Assembly (NCBI GenBank): GCA_964016885.1
Contig: OZ024746.1
Location: 68,758,001-68,822,000, forward strand
Reading direction: 5' to 3'
DNA length: 64,000 bases
Source: Eledone cirrhosa
Lineage: Eukaryota
In this document: piece by piece, positions 1 through 13,831 of the stretch
Numbering within the stretch: position 1 is the first letter of the stretch
Layout: every line of letters begins with the position of its first letter
Position numbers and translations under genes: made by a program
The notes under the pieces: generated by a model
Told to the model about the DNA's origin: nothing
Database searches by the model: none
Seen by the model: only the letters and a program-made list of their open reading frames with translations

Positions 1-2174
1 ATATATTAAATAGTTTGTATATTTTGTTTTCTTTTCTTTTGTCTATATATAAAAAAAGGGACATTTAAACTTGAAATCATCATTCCTCTCTGGCCATTAT
101 ATTAGTTATTATGTACACCTGTTAATACTGCAAGCTAATGGAAGAGCCTCTATTTGGTCGTTCAACCTGCTAGAAATAGCAATCAAATTGCCTTCAAATC
201 ACACTCTCCCATCTTTACAAAAAAGAAAGAGCACTTTTCGATATATTTTTTTTTCTTTTAACCCATAATGCCATAGTGACATATGGCATGTCTTGGGTAT
301 TTTTTTTTTTTATTAAGCAGTACCCATTTCCTCTATAGGTCTGAGCACAACCAATTTCTTCCACAGAGAGAGAGTGATAGAAAGGACATGAGGAAGAGCT
401 ATAGAAGAAGGAAGCCCAGTACCAAACTGGTACTTTCTTATCAACCTCGAAGGTTTAAAAGCAAAGTTGACCTCAATGAGATTTGAACTCAGAGCGCAGA
501 GAGCCGGAACAAATACCATGAGGCATTTCATCTGCATCTCTAGTTCTAGATATACTAACTTAGAATAAAAATGGAATAATCAAGACTAGAATTCAATTTG
601 ATCACAATTCTACTGAATCAGAGTTGACCTTGGGCTAAACAACAACAGCAACCATTGAAATGAAACAATTGTCACCAAATACAGCCAACCTAGTTCATGC
701 CATAATTATGGTGAGAACGATATAATTATATAATGACATAATTATAGTCAGTAAGATCGTTTTTTGTGGAAGGCATTGGAAAAAATGGAGGCATTTAAGC
801 TTTTAATTTCTGGTTGATATCAATTTGATATTATTTTAGTATTTTTACCTTGTTATTTTACAATAATTTTCCTTGAGATGGAAGTTAGCATCTTATTCTT
901 ATCGATCCACTTCATATTCAGCTGAATTTTGTTTAGCCAAAGCTGAATAGATTTGTCTGTATCTTTATTTTACATAGCAAGGTCAGCAGAAATGCATATT
1001 TCTTGCATTGAAGTATATCTCAATAGTTTGTGACTGTGGCATTGCCAAACATGGTACCATTTGAGAAACTGCATCCCCATTTATTGAGGCTCTCCTTAGC
1101 TCTGACAGCTCCAATTCTCACTTGATAAACCCTTTTGATACCAAACCACCTGAAACTACCCTTGGTTTTACAATACAAGGGTGTTTATTTTAAAGTGTTT
1201 ATCATCATCACCGTTTAACATCCATTTTTCCACACTAGCACGAATTAGACAAGTTGTCCCATTATGAGACAAGCCAGATCAGATGATGGTGTCTTGCTCA
1301 TACAGAACTGATTCTGATTTGGTTTCTATGGCTGGATGCCCTTCCTATTGCCAACCACATTTACTGTGTGTACTAGGTGCTTTTTACTGTGGCACCAAAA
1401 CGACTACTTTACAATGGGGAGTGGGTGCTTTTGTCTAAAAACTTTCAGTTATAATTCTATGTACGAACCTTTGTTAGTTATACTTCAAACACCAGCTTAA
1501 TAATGAGAAAATTAGTTATTGTACTGAATTCCTCTATTATTTTCAAAACCATACACGCTGTCTTTCATTAGAAATATACAGGCAAAAGGGTTGGTGTTCC
1601 ATTTTACTTAACTTGCAGCCACACCATGAGGTAGCTGTTTACCTGCACTATCTCCATTAATTATATGAAGATAAAGACTCAAGGAGAAATTCAAAGCAGC
1701 AAGTAAATTTCTACTTAACCATTCAATCTGATATAGCAGTAAAACCTCCCTCAAATCACCAACAGGAAATGTCCAAAAATAAAATTAAGTAAAAGCAATT
1801 TTAATGTATGTGGAATGAATACTGCAGTAGGTGAAAAATAATCAGAACTGGTTAACAAAAATAATATAAAGTCATAGAAGTATTATTAGCAGAGAATCTT
1901 GAGGCTATTGAATGATGCCAGCATGAAAACAACTGGTGATAATGAGAACTAAAACTGTGTGAGACTATGGGGCAGATGCCCTGTTCATTCAGCTGAAGCA
2001 ATTAAAAGATTCAGTGAAATATGGACTCAGGATAATTAAGCCATACCAAATAAAATTCTGAAATATCAAACATTCTTTAAAAGGTGTTTTAGAAATGAAT
2101 TTCAGCTATTTTTAACTACACCATTGAAATATCAGATTCAAGAATTTCATTTAAAAATACCTAATATTTTATTC

Positions 2175-2418
2175 TTAATCCTTTTGTTAACATATTTCTA
2201 GTGAAATACTTTATATTTAGATTATTTAATGAAACCATTGGGAAGGATTTACTAAAATTATAATTTCATGAAGATGGTATTTGTAACATAGCAAAATATT
2301 CTCATATAAAATTATGTTGGAAGATTTTAACTTAGATAGAAACACTTTAATAGGGGCAGTTTTGTTCCCTAGAAAGAGAAGTAGGTAGTTTTCAGTGGGT
2401 TTGTATCAAAAGGGTTAA
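2175..2418. mobile_element. piggyBac-type non-autonomous MITE
   Basis: TTAA at both ends with imperfect TIRs (TCCTTTTG...CAAAAGGG); related copies at ~1127-1592, ~4959-5478, 6445-6698 and 13600-13831. Confidence 0.55.
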
Positions 2419-3199
2419 GCCATTTTAATGTAATTTTCTGTAGTGATTTTTTTATCTATTTTAGAAGATATTCAATTCAATATTCTAGAAATTAAAGGAA
2501 TTTATATAAACGATTAAATGAAATGGGTGACAGATGGTAAGACCAGGAATTAAACTGTCAGGCAAAATATCATCTCTAGGCCTTAAAGAAATCTTATTTA
2601 ATTTCGCAAAATTTCTCTTGGAACCCCAACTCATGGGTGACTTTAGCAGAGTCCATTGTATTGTAAACATTTGAGCCAGGTTTCTGTTCAACCAACATTT
2701 GAAGCCCAATAATGAAGCATAGGTGCTGTTTTATCTCTCTGACTGAGGTGAAGAAGAAAAAGATATGCAGTAGCATATATGGAAACTCTTAGATTGACTA
2801 GTACCAAATCTTTCGATACCAACCCACCTGAAACTGCTCCTGGTTTCATGATATAAAATTGCTCCTTTTAAAGTGATTATATTTACATTAAAACCTTTCA
2901 TCATTGTTTTTTTTTTATATTATTATTCATCATTATCATCATCATCTAACATCGATTTTCCATGCTAGCATGGGTTGTAAATATTATTGAATAAATATTA
3001 GTAATTTACAGGGAAAGCAACATCTGAACATCAACACTCAATGCTTATTATCATATTTTTGTATAGCAAGAAGGTGATTCAGTTTGACCATATGGTTCAT
3101 AACCAACATCTAGTTTGATCCCTTATTTAAAATTTATATTTGTGAAGACCAAACCCACCAGGTTGGATTTTTCATTTCTTATCCCATTAAAATATACAA

Positions 3200-3239
<40 letters not shown>

Positions 3240-3706
3240 GTTTCTGATTTAGGCACAAGGCTAATAATTTTTTTTTTTTTATTATTATATATATATATAT
3301 ATTTTTTTTTTTTTGGGGGGGGGTCCGATTAAATCGGTGCTTTATTTTATCGACCCCTAAGGTTGAAAGGCAAAGCTAACCTTGGCAGGAAAATGAACTA
3401 AGAACATAAAGGACCATAACTCTATGCCACAAAGCATATTGTCCAACGCTCTACCGATACTGCCAATCCAAATAATAATAATAATGATGATTTCTACTAT
3501 AGGCACAAGGCCAGCTATTTTGGAGAAAGGGAAAGTCCATTAAATCGAGCCCAGTGCGTTACTGGTACTTTATTTTATTGACCCCACAAGCCCACAAGGA
3601 TGAAAGGTAAAGCTAACCTTGGCAGGATTTGAACTTCACAACATAAAGGTCTGTCACTATGCCACGAAGCATGTTGTACAACGCTCTACCAATTCTGCCA
3701 ATCCAA
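3200..3706 (-). mobile_element. Two head-to-tail tRNA-derived SINEs (family A)
   Basis: Reverse strand shows the TGGCAG..CGG A box, a GTTC.. B-box region, the GCCTTTCA.CC..GGGGTCGATAAA core and (ATT)n tails. Confidence 0.75.
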
Positions 3707-4569
3707 ATAATAATAGTAATAAAATAACATAACTGTATATACACAGCATAACCAGTAACAAACAACCCACTGGCTAAAACTAGTAAAAAACTAAAGCCAA
3801 GAAGTAATTAAATTTACATATATAATGAACTATTATTTTTTATTTAAGTTTTATCACATATCTGGAAATCTCTTATGTGTATATTCTAACGAACAAAAAA
3901 TAAAATAAACTAACAAGAGAAATGTCTCTGTCAAAATTCTGTGTAGCTTATTCTGGGGGAAAACAAAATCAATATTAATAATAAGAAGTGAAAGAAATGG
4001 TAACACAATTGACAAGAACATCAAAGAAACTAAACAACACAAAGTATTATGATTGATATAAACCACACATAAGCAAATATATGTCTTTACGTAGAATCCA
4101 TCAGACTATTGTGTAGAGACAGTGTAGCTACAGAAGTGTAGGGGAATGGATGTACAAAGAGATATATACACACATGCACACACAGGCGGACATACACACA
4201 TACATACAAACACACACATAGACAGACAGAATATGACTATACATATTGGAAAGACATGAAGATAGATAAGACTTGGTGATGTAGAGAAATAAGTCCACAT
4301 TCTTATCAATAGAAATGGCAGCCTACTCTAGTAGTAGTAGTAGTGGCAACGGCAGTGGTGGTGGTATGAGTATGGAAATGAGAAGATTTATACATTCTTT
4401 TAACGGATTGGACAAGGAAAAATGAAATACCTTGCAAAAGACATTTACTGTTGTTTATGCCCTCGTGACAATTGATTGTAAAATGTATATACTACCAAAT
4501 TTTGCCTCGGTGGTCAGCATGACACTTGGCAGGTATGGCAAAGAAGCAGAATTCAAAAGAAGTTTCACA

Positions 4570-4950
4570 ATAATAATAATAATAATTGTTTCTATATTTG
4601 GCACAAGGCCAAACATTTTAGAGGAGGGGAAAGTCAATTAAATCGACCCCAGTGTGTTACTGGTACTTTATTTTATTGACTCTGTAAGGATGAAAAGCAA
4701 AGCTAGCCTGGCAGGATTTGAACTTAGAGTGTAAAGTTTCATAACTATATGCCACAATGCATGTTATCCAATGCTTACAGATCATTCACCCTCAGTATCA
4801 GTATATAATAATTGTTTCTACTTTTGGCACAAGGCCAGTAATTTATTTATAAACCCCAGAAAAATAAAAGGCAAAGCTGACCTCAGTGGGATTTGAACTT
4901 AGAATGTAAAGAGCCAGAACAAATACTGCAAACCCTTTTCTCCACTACAC
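4570..4950 (-). mobile_element. Two diverged family A SINEs in tandem
   Basis: ATTGTTTCTA..TTGGCACAAGGCC tail and GGATTTGAACT (reverse B box) each occur twice. Confidence 0.65.
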
Positions 4951-5964
4951 TCACAGTTTTAACTTTTTCGTGACAGTACTTCTAATGAAATACACTCAAT
5001 TTCAATTGATTAATGAAGGATTTAGAGAGATTTACTAAAAATTAATTATTTCATTACTCACATGGTAGTGTAACATAGTTCTTATATAAAAATAGCGAAC
5101 CAGTAATATGACAGCAATAGCAATGAACACATAATTAGAATGTAAAAATACCAAGATTACTGGATATATAAATAATCACATAAACTGGGAAATTTGCATT
5201 TTGATAAATTAAGGATTTGCCAAAAACCCTACAGTTTATGGTGATTATTGACACGTGGAAGCGGTTGATGATGAAAGTAATATTTTATATATATAGAGAA
5301 AGAGGGAGGGGGGAGAGGGGGGAGAGTGGGAGAGAGAGAGAGAGAGAGAGACATGGTGTATTGCTTCTAATATAAAATCATGTTGAAAGATTTTATATTA
5401 AATAGAATCCCTTTAAAATGGGTGATTTTGTTTCAAAGAACCCAAGCTGGTTTTGTACAGATGTTATCAAAAGGGATAAATATAGTGAAAGTAAGATTAC
5501 GTTATTGAATATAACTTTTTTATTTTTAAGATAGTTTTGAAAGATTTCAAGGAGATTTTGTATGTTTCTCTAAGTTGGACACAGAAAGTATAGAGTTTCT
5601 AATCAACTCTAAATCTGTACATTGGAATATAACTAGTTCTGGAGAAGAAGTATAACTCTTGTTCTTTTACTGGTTTCAGTCATTGAACTGTGGCCACACT
5701 GGGGCACAGCTTTCATATTGACCCCAGTAGTTATTTATTTTATTCTAAGCCCGATATTTATTTCATCAATCTCTATTTGTCAAACTGTTAAATTATAGGA
5801 CATAAACAAGTAGCATTGTTTGGTAAGTGCTGTAGATGTAAACACAGACAAATAGACACACACAAACATACACACATATAAAATATGATCAGCTTCTGCA
5901 CAACACTGGCCCAAGGTGTTATGCAGTGGGGCTGAACCTGAAAATATGTGGTTACAAAGCAAAC

Positions 5965-6172
5965 TTCTTTACATAGTCACACCCACACCTGAGTACTGAA
6001 ACCTAACCATATAGCCATGCCCACTCATCTTAATCACATAGTCACACCCACACAGAAGTATTGTAACTTAACCACATAGACACGCCCATACCCAAGTATT
6101 GTAACTTAATCAATAGCCACACCCAAGTATTGAAACTTAATCAATAGCCACATCCACACCTAAGTATTGAAC
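5965..6172. repeat. Degenerate ~30-37 bp minisatellite formed from a SINE 5' end
   Basis: About 6 copies of CTTAAYCACATAGCCACACCCA...AGTATTG adjoining a minus-strand SINE head. Confidence 0.55.
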
Positions 6173-6444
6173 ATGTTTTTACACAGTTGGGTCTGAAAAA
6201 AGAAATACAGAGAAACTTATTGCAATAGAAACAGATAAAGGTAGAGCAAGTTCTTTCATGTTAGGGACAGTAATCTTTTAGTGTTTAGTGAGGAGGGGGG
6301 GGGGACATAGTACCCATGACCCTTTTCAGTGCCTCAAACATTGAAGGGAGGGAGAGAGGAAGATATATTCAGATCTAAGACCTAGCCTGGATACTTCCAA
6401 CAGAGTAGATTCTGCCAAAAGCACTCATGAGCCAGGTGATGATG

Positions 6445-6698
6445 TTAACCATTTCATAACGTTTTTTTAATGTAATACACTGCCTAAATTTTTCAATGAA
6501 TGCTGAAAATAAGCAAACATTTGGAGGAATTTAATAAAATTAAATTAGTAAGCTGATATTTAGAATATTGCTTAACAAAAATTTCTAAGATTAAATTATG
6601 ATAGAATGTTTTACTATAAGGTTAACCATTTTAAAGTGGGCAGTTTTATATAATAAATCCAAGGGTAGTTTGAGGTAGTTTGGTAGCAGAAGGGTTAA
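6445..6698. mobile_element. piggyBac-type MITE copy
   Basis: TTAACC...GAAGGGTTAA ends; internal similarity to 2175-2418. Confidence 0.5.
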
Positions 6699-8215
6699 AG
6701 AAATTACATCTCCTAAGTAGGCCACATCAGGATTTCTATTCAGAACTCACAAAGAAAGAATAAATACTGCAAGATTTTGTCAAAGGTTGTGAGGACCCTT
6801 CAGTTGTGTTAACAGCATGACAATCTCTTTAGTGTTGGTGATGTACATGAGAAATGCACCCAGTACATGCTGTAAAATGGTTGGTGATAGGAAGAGTATC
6901 CAGTCACAAAAAGCTTGCCAAAGCGTTGGGAGGACCCTTTCAGTTGTGTTAAAGACATTACAGCCTTTCTTGTGTTGGTGCACTCGGTAGAACAAGGGAC
7001 CATATGTAAGGCAAAATGCAGACTCCTGGCCTGTCTGAGAGGTCAGTAGACCAACTTCAGTACAGACTCAGTCTGTGATGACCCATCCAACACTTGCTAG
7101 CAAGGAGAGCAGACGTTAAATGATGATGATGATGCTAATAATTTTGACAATCCTTCATCCAGGACTGGTAACTTATTTCTTCAACCCCCAAAAAGAAGAA
7201 AGGTAAAGTTATCTTCAATAGGATTTGAACAGAGTACAGCAAACTAAAACAAATACTACGAACAATTTTGTCCTACACCCCTTAGTGTTGGTGTCATAAA
7301 ATAGACTTGGTTGATTGCAGGACCATATGTAAGCTAATTGTGGGCCACTGTCCTGTCTAAATACTCAGTAGAGTACAGGAAAGCGTCTAAATGAGATGCA
7401 GTCTCATGGCCCATTTAAGGGATCAGTAACTCTGCTTGAATATTAATCCGGTCTGTGGACAACCCAGTCAACCCTTGCTAGCAAGGGAGGCAGACTTTAA
7501 ACAATGATGATGATGACTCAAATGATTCTTTCAATTCACTGGTTATTGTTAGGAAGTGTCTTTGTCTTAGTCAATGTTTTATAGCAGAAGGTATATATTG
7601 ATACAATGGCACAATATATTGATACAGCAGAAGAGTACACATGATATGCAACATGATAACATGAAACAAAAATATGTATTGGAAACACAACAAGCAGCTT
7701 TAGCTGGAGGAGAATTAAGTCATAATCAGACTGTGTGGGTAGAATGTTTGGCCAGTATTCATAATTGTTTTGAATGCCAAAGTATTTATTAATCAGATCA
7801 ATTGTGCTTGGCAAAGAAGAATTGAAATGGATTCCAAGAAATAGATCAATCTTCCTTAGCTCTTACAACTGTTATTATTTCTCCAATAAATTGAAGGCGT
7901 TGGATTGGCAGAATTATTAGAGTATCGAACAAAATGCCTTGTGGTATTCCTTTCACCTCTTTATTGTCTGAGCTCAAATCCCACTGCAGCTAATGTTTCC
8001 TTTCATTCTTCCAAGGTCGATAAAATAAAGTACTAGTATAATAAAGTATAGAGATCAATATATAATCGATTGTGCCATCCCCCAACAACAATTCTAGCCA
8101 TGTGCCGACACAACAAGTCATTATTTCTCCAATAAAGGTAATGTAGTTACAAACATTTTTAAGTTGCTGGACTAAATGTTGTATCAATATTTAATTTTGT
8201 TTTGTTCCTCTAGAT

Positions 8216-8366
8216 CAGGGTTTCCCAAACATTTTCAAATATAGAACCCTTTTTGGTTCAGAAACTATTGAGGAACCCCAAAGTCTAATACTGCTATAGG
8301 GTCGTAATATAAATACACTCCTCTACCTTTTTTCACAGAACCCCAGACACCACTTGGGAACCACTG
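8216..8366. mobile_element. hAT/Charlie-type MITE (151 bp)
   Basis: TIRs CAGGGTTTCCCAA / TTGGGAACCACTG; perfect 8-bp TSD CTCTAGAT (8208-8215, 8367-8374) matching the NTCTAGAN Charlie target. Confidence 0.85.
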
Positions 8367-8569
8367 CTCTAGATTCATAGTTCAAAATCCAACTAGGGTT
8401 AACTGTGTTTTATTATTGTTGTTGTTGTTGTTATTATTATTTCTGTTATTGCTGTTGTTGTCTTGCCGTTCATCCTTCAAGTTTCAAGTCAATAAAATAC
8501 AGAAGAAACATTCCAAGAAATTGTTCAAACTCGCTTATTGTAGGGGTGTATATGAAAGTATGTTTAAAT

Positions 8570-8790
8570 ATAATGATTTCTAGTGCAGGCACAAAGCCAG
8601 TAATTTGGGGGAGGGGAAAGTCGATTAAATTGACCCCAGTACATTACTGGTACTTTATTTTATCAATCCCGTAAGGATGAAAAGCAAGGTTAACCTTGGC
8701 GGGATTTGAACTCAGACTGTAGATGACGGTAACTCTATGCTGCAAAGCATTGTGTCCGACTCTCTACTGATACTGCCAATCCACCGCCCT
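8570..8790 (-). mobile_element. Full-length family A SINE
   Basis: Reverse complement starts GGGCGGTGGATTGGCAGTATC; B box, core and tail present. Confidence 0.8.
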
Positions 8791-9491
8791 AGTATGTTTA
8801 AGTATAATAAACATACCAGAGTCTCACTATGAATGGTTTTAAAAGCTGTCATTTCTAATTACCAAACTTTCTTATATCTATGTTGTTTCTCAATATGCTA
8901 GAAATAGCAGCCTAATCTTCCCCAATCTCCTTACCAATATAAAAAAAAGGGCACTTTTGATAATATAGTCCAAGGTTCACTATTCCTGAAAAAATATAGA
9001 GTAGTCATAACTGGGATGACTTTCATCAAATCTGTACTTCAACAGATCTGACCTGGGGCTAAACAACAACTGTTAGAATTTCTCTAGTAAAGTTATTATA
9101 AATGCATTTATAATAGAACAGCAGTTTGGTTTTGTTCCGTAATTGAAATCCGACATGGGCTACAACAGCCATTGAGGATGCAATTGAGGATGACATGGTA
9201 CCATGTCCCATGTTTTTACTTGTTTGGGGAGCCCAAGCAACTATGAACAGACGTAGACACCCCTCGCCCTCGAAACATTCAGGGTGTGATAGCTTGAGAG
9301 AGACAGGGCTGGTACTTTCTTTATTGATCTTGAAAGGATTAAATGCTAAATTGATTTCAGTGGGATGAATGCAGAACATGGAGAACTAGAGGCATTTTAT
9401 CAGAAGTTTTAACAACTCTGCCAGAGAGAGAGAGAGGGAGAGAGACATACAGACAGATAGACAGATTGGTAGACAGACAGATGCATAGACA

Positions 9492-9547
9492 GAATAGTGC
9501 AGTTTTAAATCAACATATCAATATGTTGATTTAAAACTGCACTATTC
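9492..9547. repeat. Perfect 27-bp inverted repeat (fold-back)
   Basis: GAATAGTGCAGTTTTAAATCAACATAT-ca-ATATGTTGATTTAAAACTGCACTATTC. Confidence 0.95.
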
Positions 9548-9581
9548 ACAAGTGTGTTTTAACCTTCATATCATGTCTCCC

Positions 9582-9652
9582 TATTTTATCTGACGAAAAC
9601 GCAAATGTTATTGCATGATGATATTTGTTTTTGAAATGCGCATAATAAAATA
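9582..9652 (+). ncRNA. Type I hammerhead ribozyme
   Basis: Stem I TATTTTAT/ATAAAATA; core CTGACGA (9590-9596); long stem II (CAAATGTTATT/GATGATATTTG); GAAA (9633-9636); palindromic stem III TGCGCA; AUA cleavage triplet ending at 9644. Confidence 0.75.
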
Positions 9653-9682
9653 CATGGAACTCTTTTAACCATCTTTTGATCT

Positions 9683-9727
<45 letters not shown>

Positions 9728-10439
9728 TGTCTTTCATTGGTGTATCTCAGTAGAATGTTTAAGCATTGCTGAGAAACCAGAAAAAAAAAATAATGCACCT
9801 CAAATGAAGTTCCAAGCAATATTTGTTCTGTGCTATGTTAAAAACATTCCCTTATTACTCTTACCATCAGGAATGCAGTAAACTCATGATTATTCCCCCT
9901 AACCACCAGCATTATTTTTCACCATTTACAACTATAAATAAATGAATAAATAAATAAAGTGTGCAGTGACAGTCATATTTTTTTTTTTACTGATTGTTGA
10001 TTTTTTTTTCTCCTTTTTATCGATTGAATATTAGTGATACAAATGAAACAGCTTGAGCTTGGTTTGGTAAGAATTTACAGTGAAAACCAAGTTTGTAACA
10101 TTAATATCAATAACGGCTTTAGTTTAGTATTTCTAACAATGTCAATAATAGCATTAATCAGGATTGATTGATTGATTGGTGTTGTTGTTGTTGTTTTAAT
10201 CCAAATCAATCAGACCTGAGCATGCAAACCTAAGATCAAAGACATTTTAATCATTTTTCCTTTGAGACAGCAGAGTATGATTTGAGGGAGATTTCACTGC
10301 TATTTTTAACATATTGAGCCACAAATACTATATCTGATTAAATTAACCCCAGTATGTAACTGATACTTATATTATCAACTCTGTGGTAGATTTCATTGGT
10401 TGGCATTGGATGATTTTTTGTTACGTCCCCATGTATCCC

Positions 10440-10576
10440 AGTGTCTATTCAACGTTACTCCAAAGACCCTTTGGAAGAACCCCGTTTTGGCCGCTTGTAT
10501 TCGTGATTATATTCTTTCAGTCATTACCCAAGATTCATGACCATAGGTAAGGGTTGGTATGAATACCGAATTGAAC
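10440..10576 (-). pseudogene. RTE (Expander/Rex3-like) ORF2 fragment
   Basis: Manual translation FNSVFIPTLTYGHESWVMTERI*SRIQAAKTGFFQRVFGVTL. Confidence 0.7.
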
Positions 10577-11189
10577 TAGCAAACATGCATATTTAAAAAT
10601 AAATGAATAAATAAATAAATAAATAAAATCAAAACCAAACTATTTTAGATTATAAGTTGAGCTACAAACTGAACAGGTTAACTATTTTGAAAGAGCAAAG
10701 TTTCAAATATAGTTCAGATTATTTTTCATAACATGCAGCAGAAATTATCGCATTAAATGAAATCACATACCACAACGCAAGCACTTGTTCTACCAGCATC
10801 CAATTTAATTGTTAGAAAAATATTTGATAACAAAATTATGAAGTTGTACAAGAAATTGATCTCCTCCTAATCTCCCCTGACTAAAAAAATCCATACTCTA
10901 ATAATACAATGCAAAGAAGAAGAATAGAAAACATATCTCTTAATATAGAAGAGCATGTAATGCTTCAGTGAAAATAATTAAACCTTGCTAATATGAGTTG
11001 TTGAGTCAACTCATATTAATGACAAAATACATTTGTAAACATTCATCAAGCCAAAATCCAGGCGGATATATAATGAAGGAAGGCATCTGTTTTGCCCATA
11101 TTCAATACCACTAAGATGGGAAATGGATGTTAAACGATGATGATGATGATGATGATGATGACACACACAAACACATACATGTATGTATG

Positions 11190-11438
11190 TATCTCTTTCT
11201 CTTAATTTCGAGTATTTTTTTGACCGGCCACCTTCCTGGTGGCAAGGTTGTAAAAGAAAAGAAATTGTCATCCCTTGAATCGCAAGAATGTTTTGCTAAT
11301 GTTGAAGGTGCCAGCTATCGCAGCCATTTGTAGACTATGAATTAGGGAGCTGCGCTTTTTGTCCGCAAATCCAAGTTCAGTCATACTTTGGTCTAAGCGG
11401 GTTGGTATATAACCCGTAGCTCCAATAATGATGGGTAT
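11190..11438 (-). mobile_element. 3' end of an R4/Dong-type RLE LINE
   Basis: Manual translation IPIIIGATGYIPTRLDQSMTELGFADKKRSSLIHSLQMAAIAGTFNISKTFLRFKG* (stop 11268-11270) resembles the RLE-domain C-terminus; flanked by microsatellites. Confidence 0.65.
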
Positions 11439-11920
11439 GTATGTATGTGTGTATGTATGTATATATGTATGTACAAAAATGTGTAAATATGTATATACAT
11501 ATGTATATGTATGTATATGCGCGGGGACATAGAAATAATCGGGCTGGATAGCCGATCGCGCGTTTAAACCACTGGAAGTGAAGGACTCCTAGCCTTTGTC
11601 AGGACATTCTTCTAGGAGAAGGCGACTCAGGAAACTGGGATAACTCCAACATAAAACCTGCGACTCAGTAGTTACCGATGATGTTGATCTTTTCTTCTTT
11701 TCGGGTTATAGTTACTGTCGCTCAGAGAGTGGGATTGGCTCAGTGCACAGTCTTTCCTCACTTTAAAAAATATCTTCATGCACAGACATTGTACAATAGA
11801 ATTAATTAATAATTATTAATAATTATTAATAATGGTATATCGTGCAATGGCCATACTCGATAACGAGGGGGCAGCCATCATCATATATGTATGTGTGTGT
11901 CATTCTGTCATTACTACTAC

Positions 11921-12010
11921 AGAGGTCCGACGAGCTTCTGATTCCAGAGTCAGGCCAGATCGATACAGATCAAACCTTGAGCTGATCAGTAGCTAAATGC
12001 ACATCACAAA
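11921..12010 (+). ncRNA. Hammerhead-like motif, variant core, long stem II
   Basis: CCGACGA-GCTTCTGAT...ATCAGTAGC-TAAA-TGCACA-TC; homologous to 39934-40025. Confidence 0.4.
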
Positions 12011-12164
12011 CTAATAAACATAATGATGGAGTAACCATTCATCCTTGTATTATTATATTACACTCTGTCTAGCTCTACACCTCGATACAGACGTGAACCT
12101 AAACATTGAGTGCTCACCCTGGTGAACCTACAGCAACTCCGCGTTACAGTCTCTGGATATATAT

Positions 12165-12289
12165 ATATGAAAAGAATCAGGACCCCAATGGCTGATCTCC
12201 AGCCATTTCGATAGCTAGATCCAAACTGTTTGGCTCTAGCTGTTGAAATGGCCAGAGCTCAGCCGTCGGGGTCCTGAATCTTTTCATAT
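12165..12289. repeat. ~125-bp imperfect palindrome (hairpin element)
   Basis: ATATGAAAAGAATCAGGACCCC...GGGGTCCTGAATCTTTTCATAT, pairing inward to a 3-nt loop; partial relative at ~19470-19513. Confidence 0.8.
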
Positions 12290-12365
12290 TACCCACTCTA
12301 CTCCCCTAAGTTTCGAGTATTCTGGTGGGTTATGGTCCACCGGGTATTTTACCACATCCTATCTG

Positions 12366-12406
<41 letters not shown>

Positions 12407-13171
12407 GATATAAATAAACAAAGTACTGTAGCTGAAAAAGACCTAACTCTGACCAGTTTCTGACTCTAAAAAAAAAAATATATATATATATATATATCTT
12501 TTCTTCAAACCTAGAGGTGGTGGGGGTTAAAAATCGATACTGAAAAAAATAAGTACTGAAAATTCTATATTTATTCAATGCATTAAATAGCTCTTATTGA
12601 CAAAACACTTGAAACAGAAGCAAATTAAGTGTTATATCAGGTTATATTAACAATAGGTTTAAAATCAAGATCCATACTTCAGACATAATTCTTTAAAACA
12701 CTTTGTAAAACAAGTTCTTATGAATATTTCATTTTATACACAGGAGTAAGGTGAAGATGTTATGAAGATGTTAGCTTATATTTATGTTGTTGATCAGAAA
12801 TAAAGTTGTTCCAGCTATGATCATTCCATTTTTTTAAATATATCTAGGACTACATTTTAAAATGATACAGCATGATTCGAGGTGATTACACAGTTATTTC
12901 TAGCAAGTTGAACAATTGTACAAATGTGCCTTCTTTTGCTCAAATAATATTTATAAGCTGAAAGATGAACTGAAGTCTTGAATAGCTTGCAATAAGGGCT
13001 AGGGTGCTGCTCTCTGTCTTCTGACTAACCCATTAAAAACCATTTTAGCAAAATTCTAATTAGGTTACTTCTGGATTAATTAATTAATTCAACAATAACA
13101 AAAAATGAATAAAAAATGGAAAAAATATGCCAATATTTGTCTTCCTTACTCCCTCTAATTTCAGTAGAGAA

Positions 13172-13590
13172 ATCATTATCATTTTTACATCTGTTTTTCC
13201 ATGCTTGCATGGATTGGACGTGTCCTTTTAAGCACAGCATCTCTCCACTCACTGCATTCTTTTGTCAACGATTTGAGATCAGCTCTCACCACTTTTGCCC
13301 AGGTCTTTCTTGGTCTATCTCTATTGCAGCTTCCTTCCACTGGGATTTCCTGGCACTTCCTCACCCAGCAATCATTATCCATGTGCATCACATGCCCATA
13401 CTAATGCAGTCTTCTCCCTTACACACTACTTCAGATTCTTCTTAAACCCAGTTGCTCCCTCATCATCCAAGTTCTGCCTTTATTTCACATTTACATTGCA
13501 CATCCAACAAAGCACAGTTGCTTCATTTCTCTCCAGTCTACACATGTTCTCAGCAGTCACAGCCAATGTTTCACTGCCATGCAACATCAT
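13172..13590 (-). mobile_element. 5'-truncated RTE LINE, older subfamily
   Basis: ORF 13185-13391 contains RPRKTWAKVV; tail CATGCAAGCATGGAAAA followed by (GAT)n-like sequence. Confidence 0.75.
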
Positions 13591-13599
13591 TATGTGTAT

Positions 13600-13831
13600 T
13601 TAATCCTTTTGAAACCCACATGAAACCACCATGATTTTATGATACACAACTAATATTTATATCAAAACCTTCCATCATAATTTTATATGAGAAATTTTTG
13701 TTAAATAATGTTTCAAACATAAGCATAATAATGAAAAGGTTAGTTATCTCATTAAATTATCCACATTTTCAAAATTAATTGATACACATAGGCAGTGTAT
13801 TTCATTAGAAATACAATAACAAAAGGATTAA
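13600..13831. mobile_element. piggyBac-type MITE copy
   Basis: TTAATCCTTTTG...CAAAAGGATTAA. Confidence 0.55.

Noticed and set aside
850-1110. Possible decayed hAT transposase on the minus strand
   Set aside because: Only vague similarity, with many stops; cannot be supported without a search
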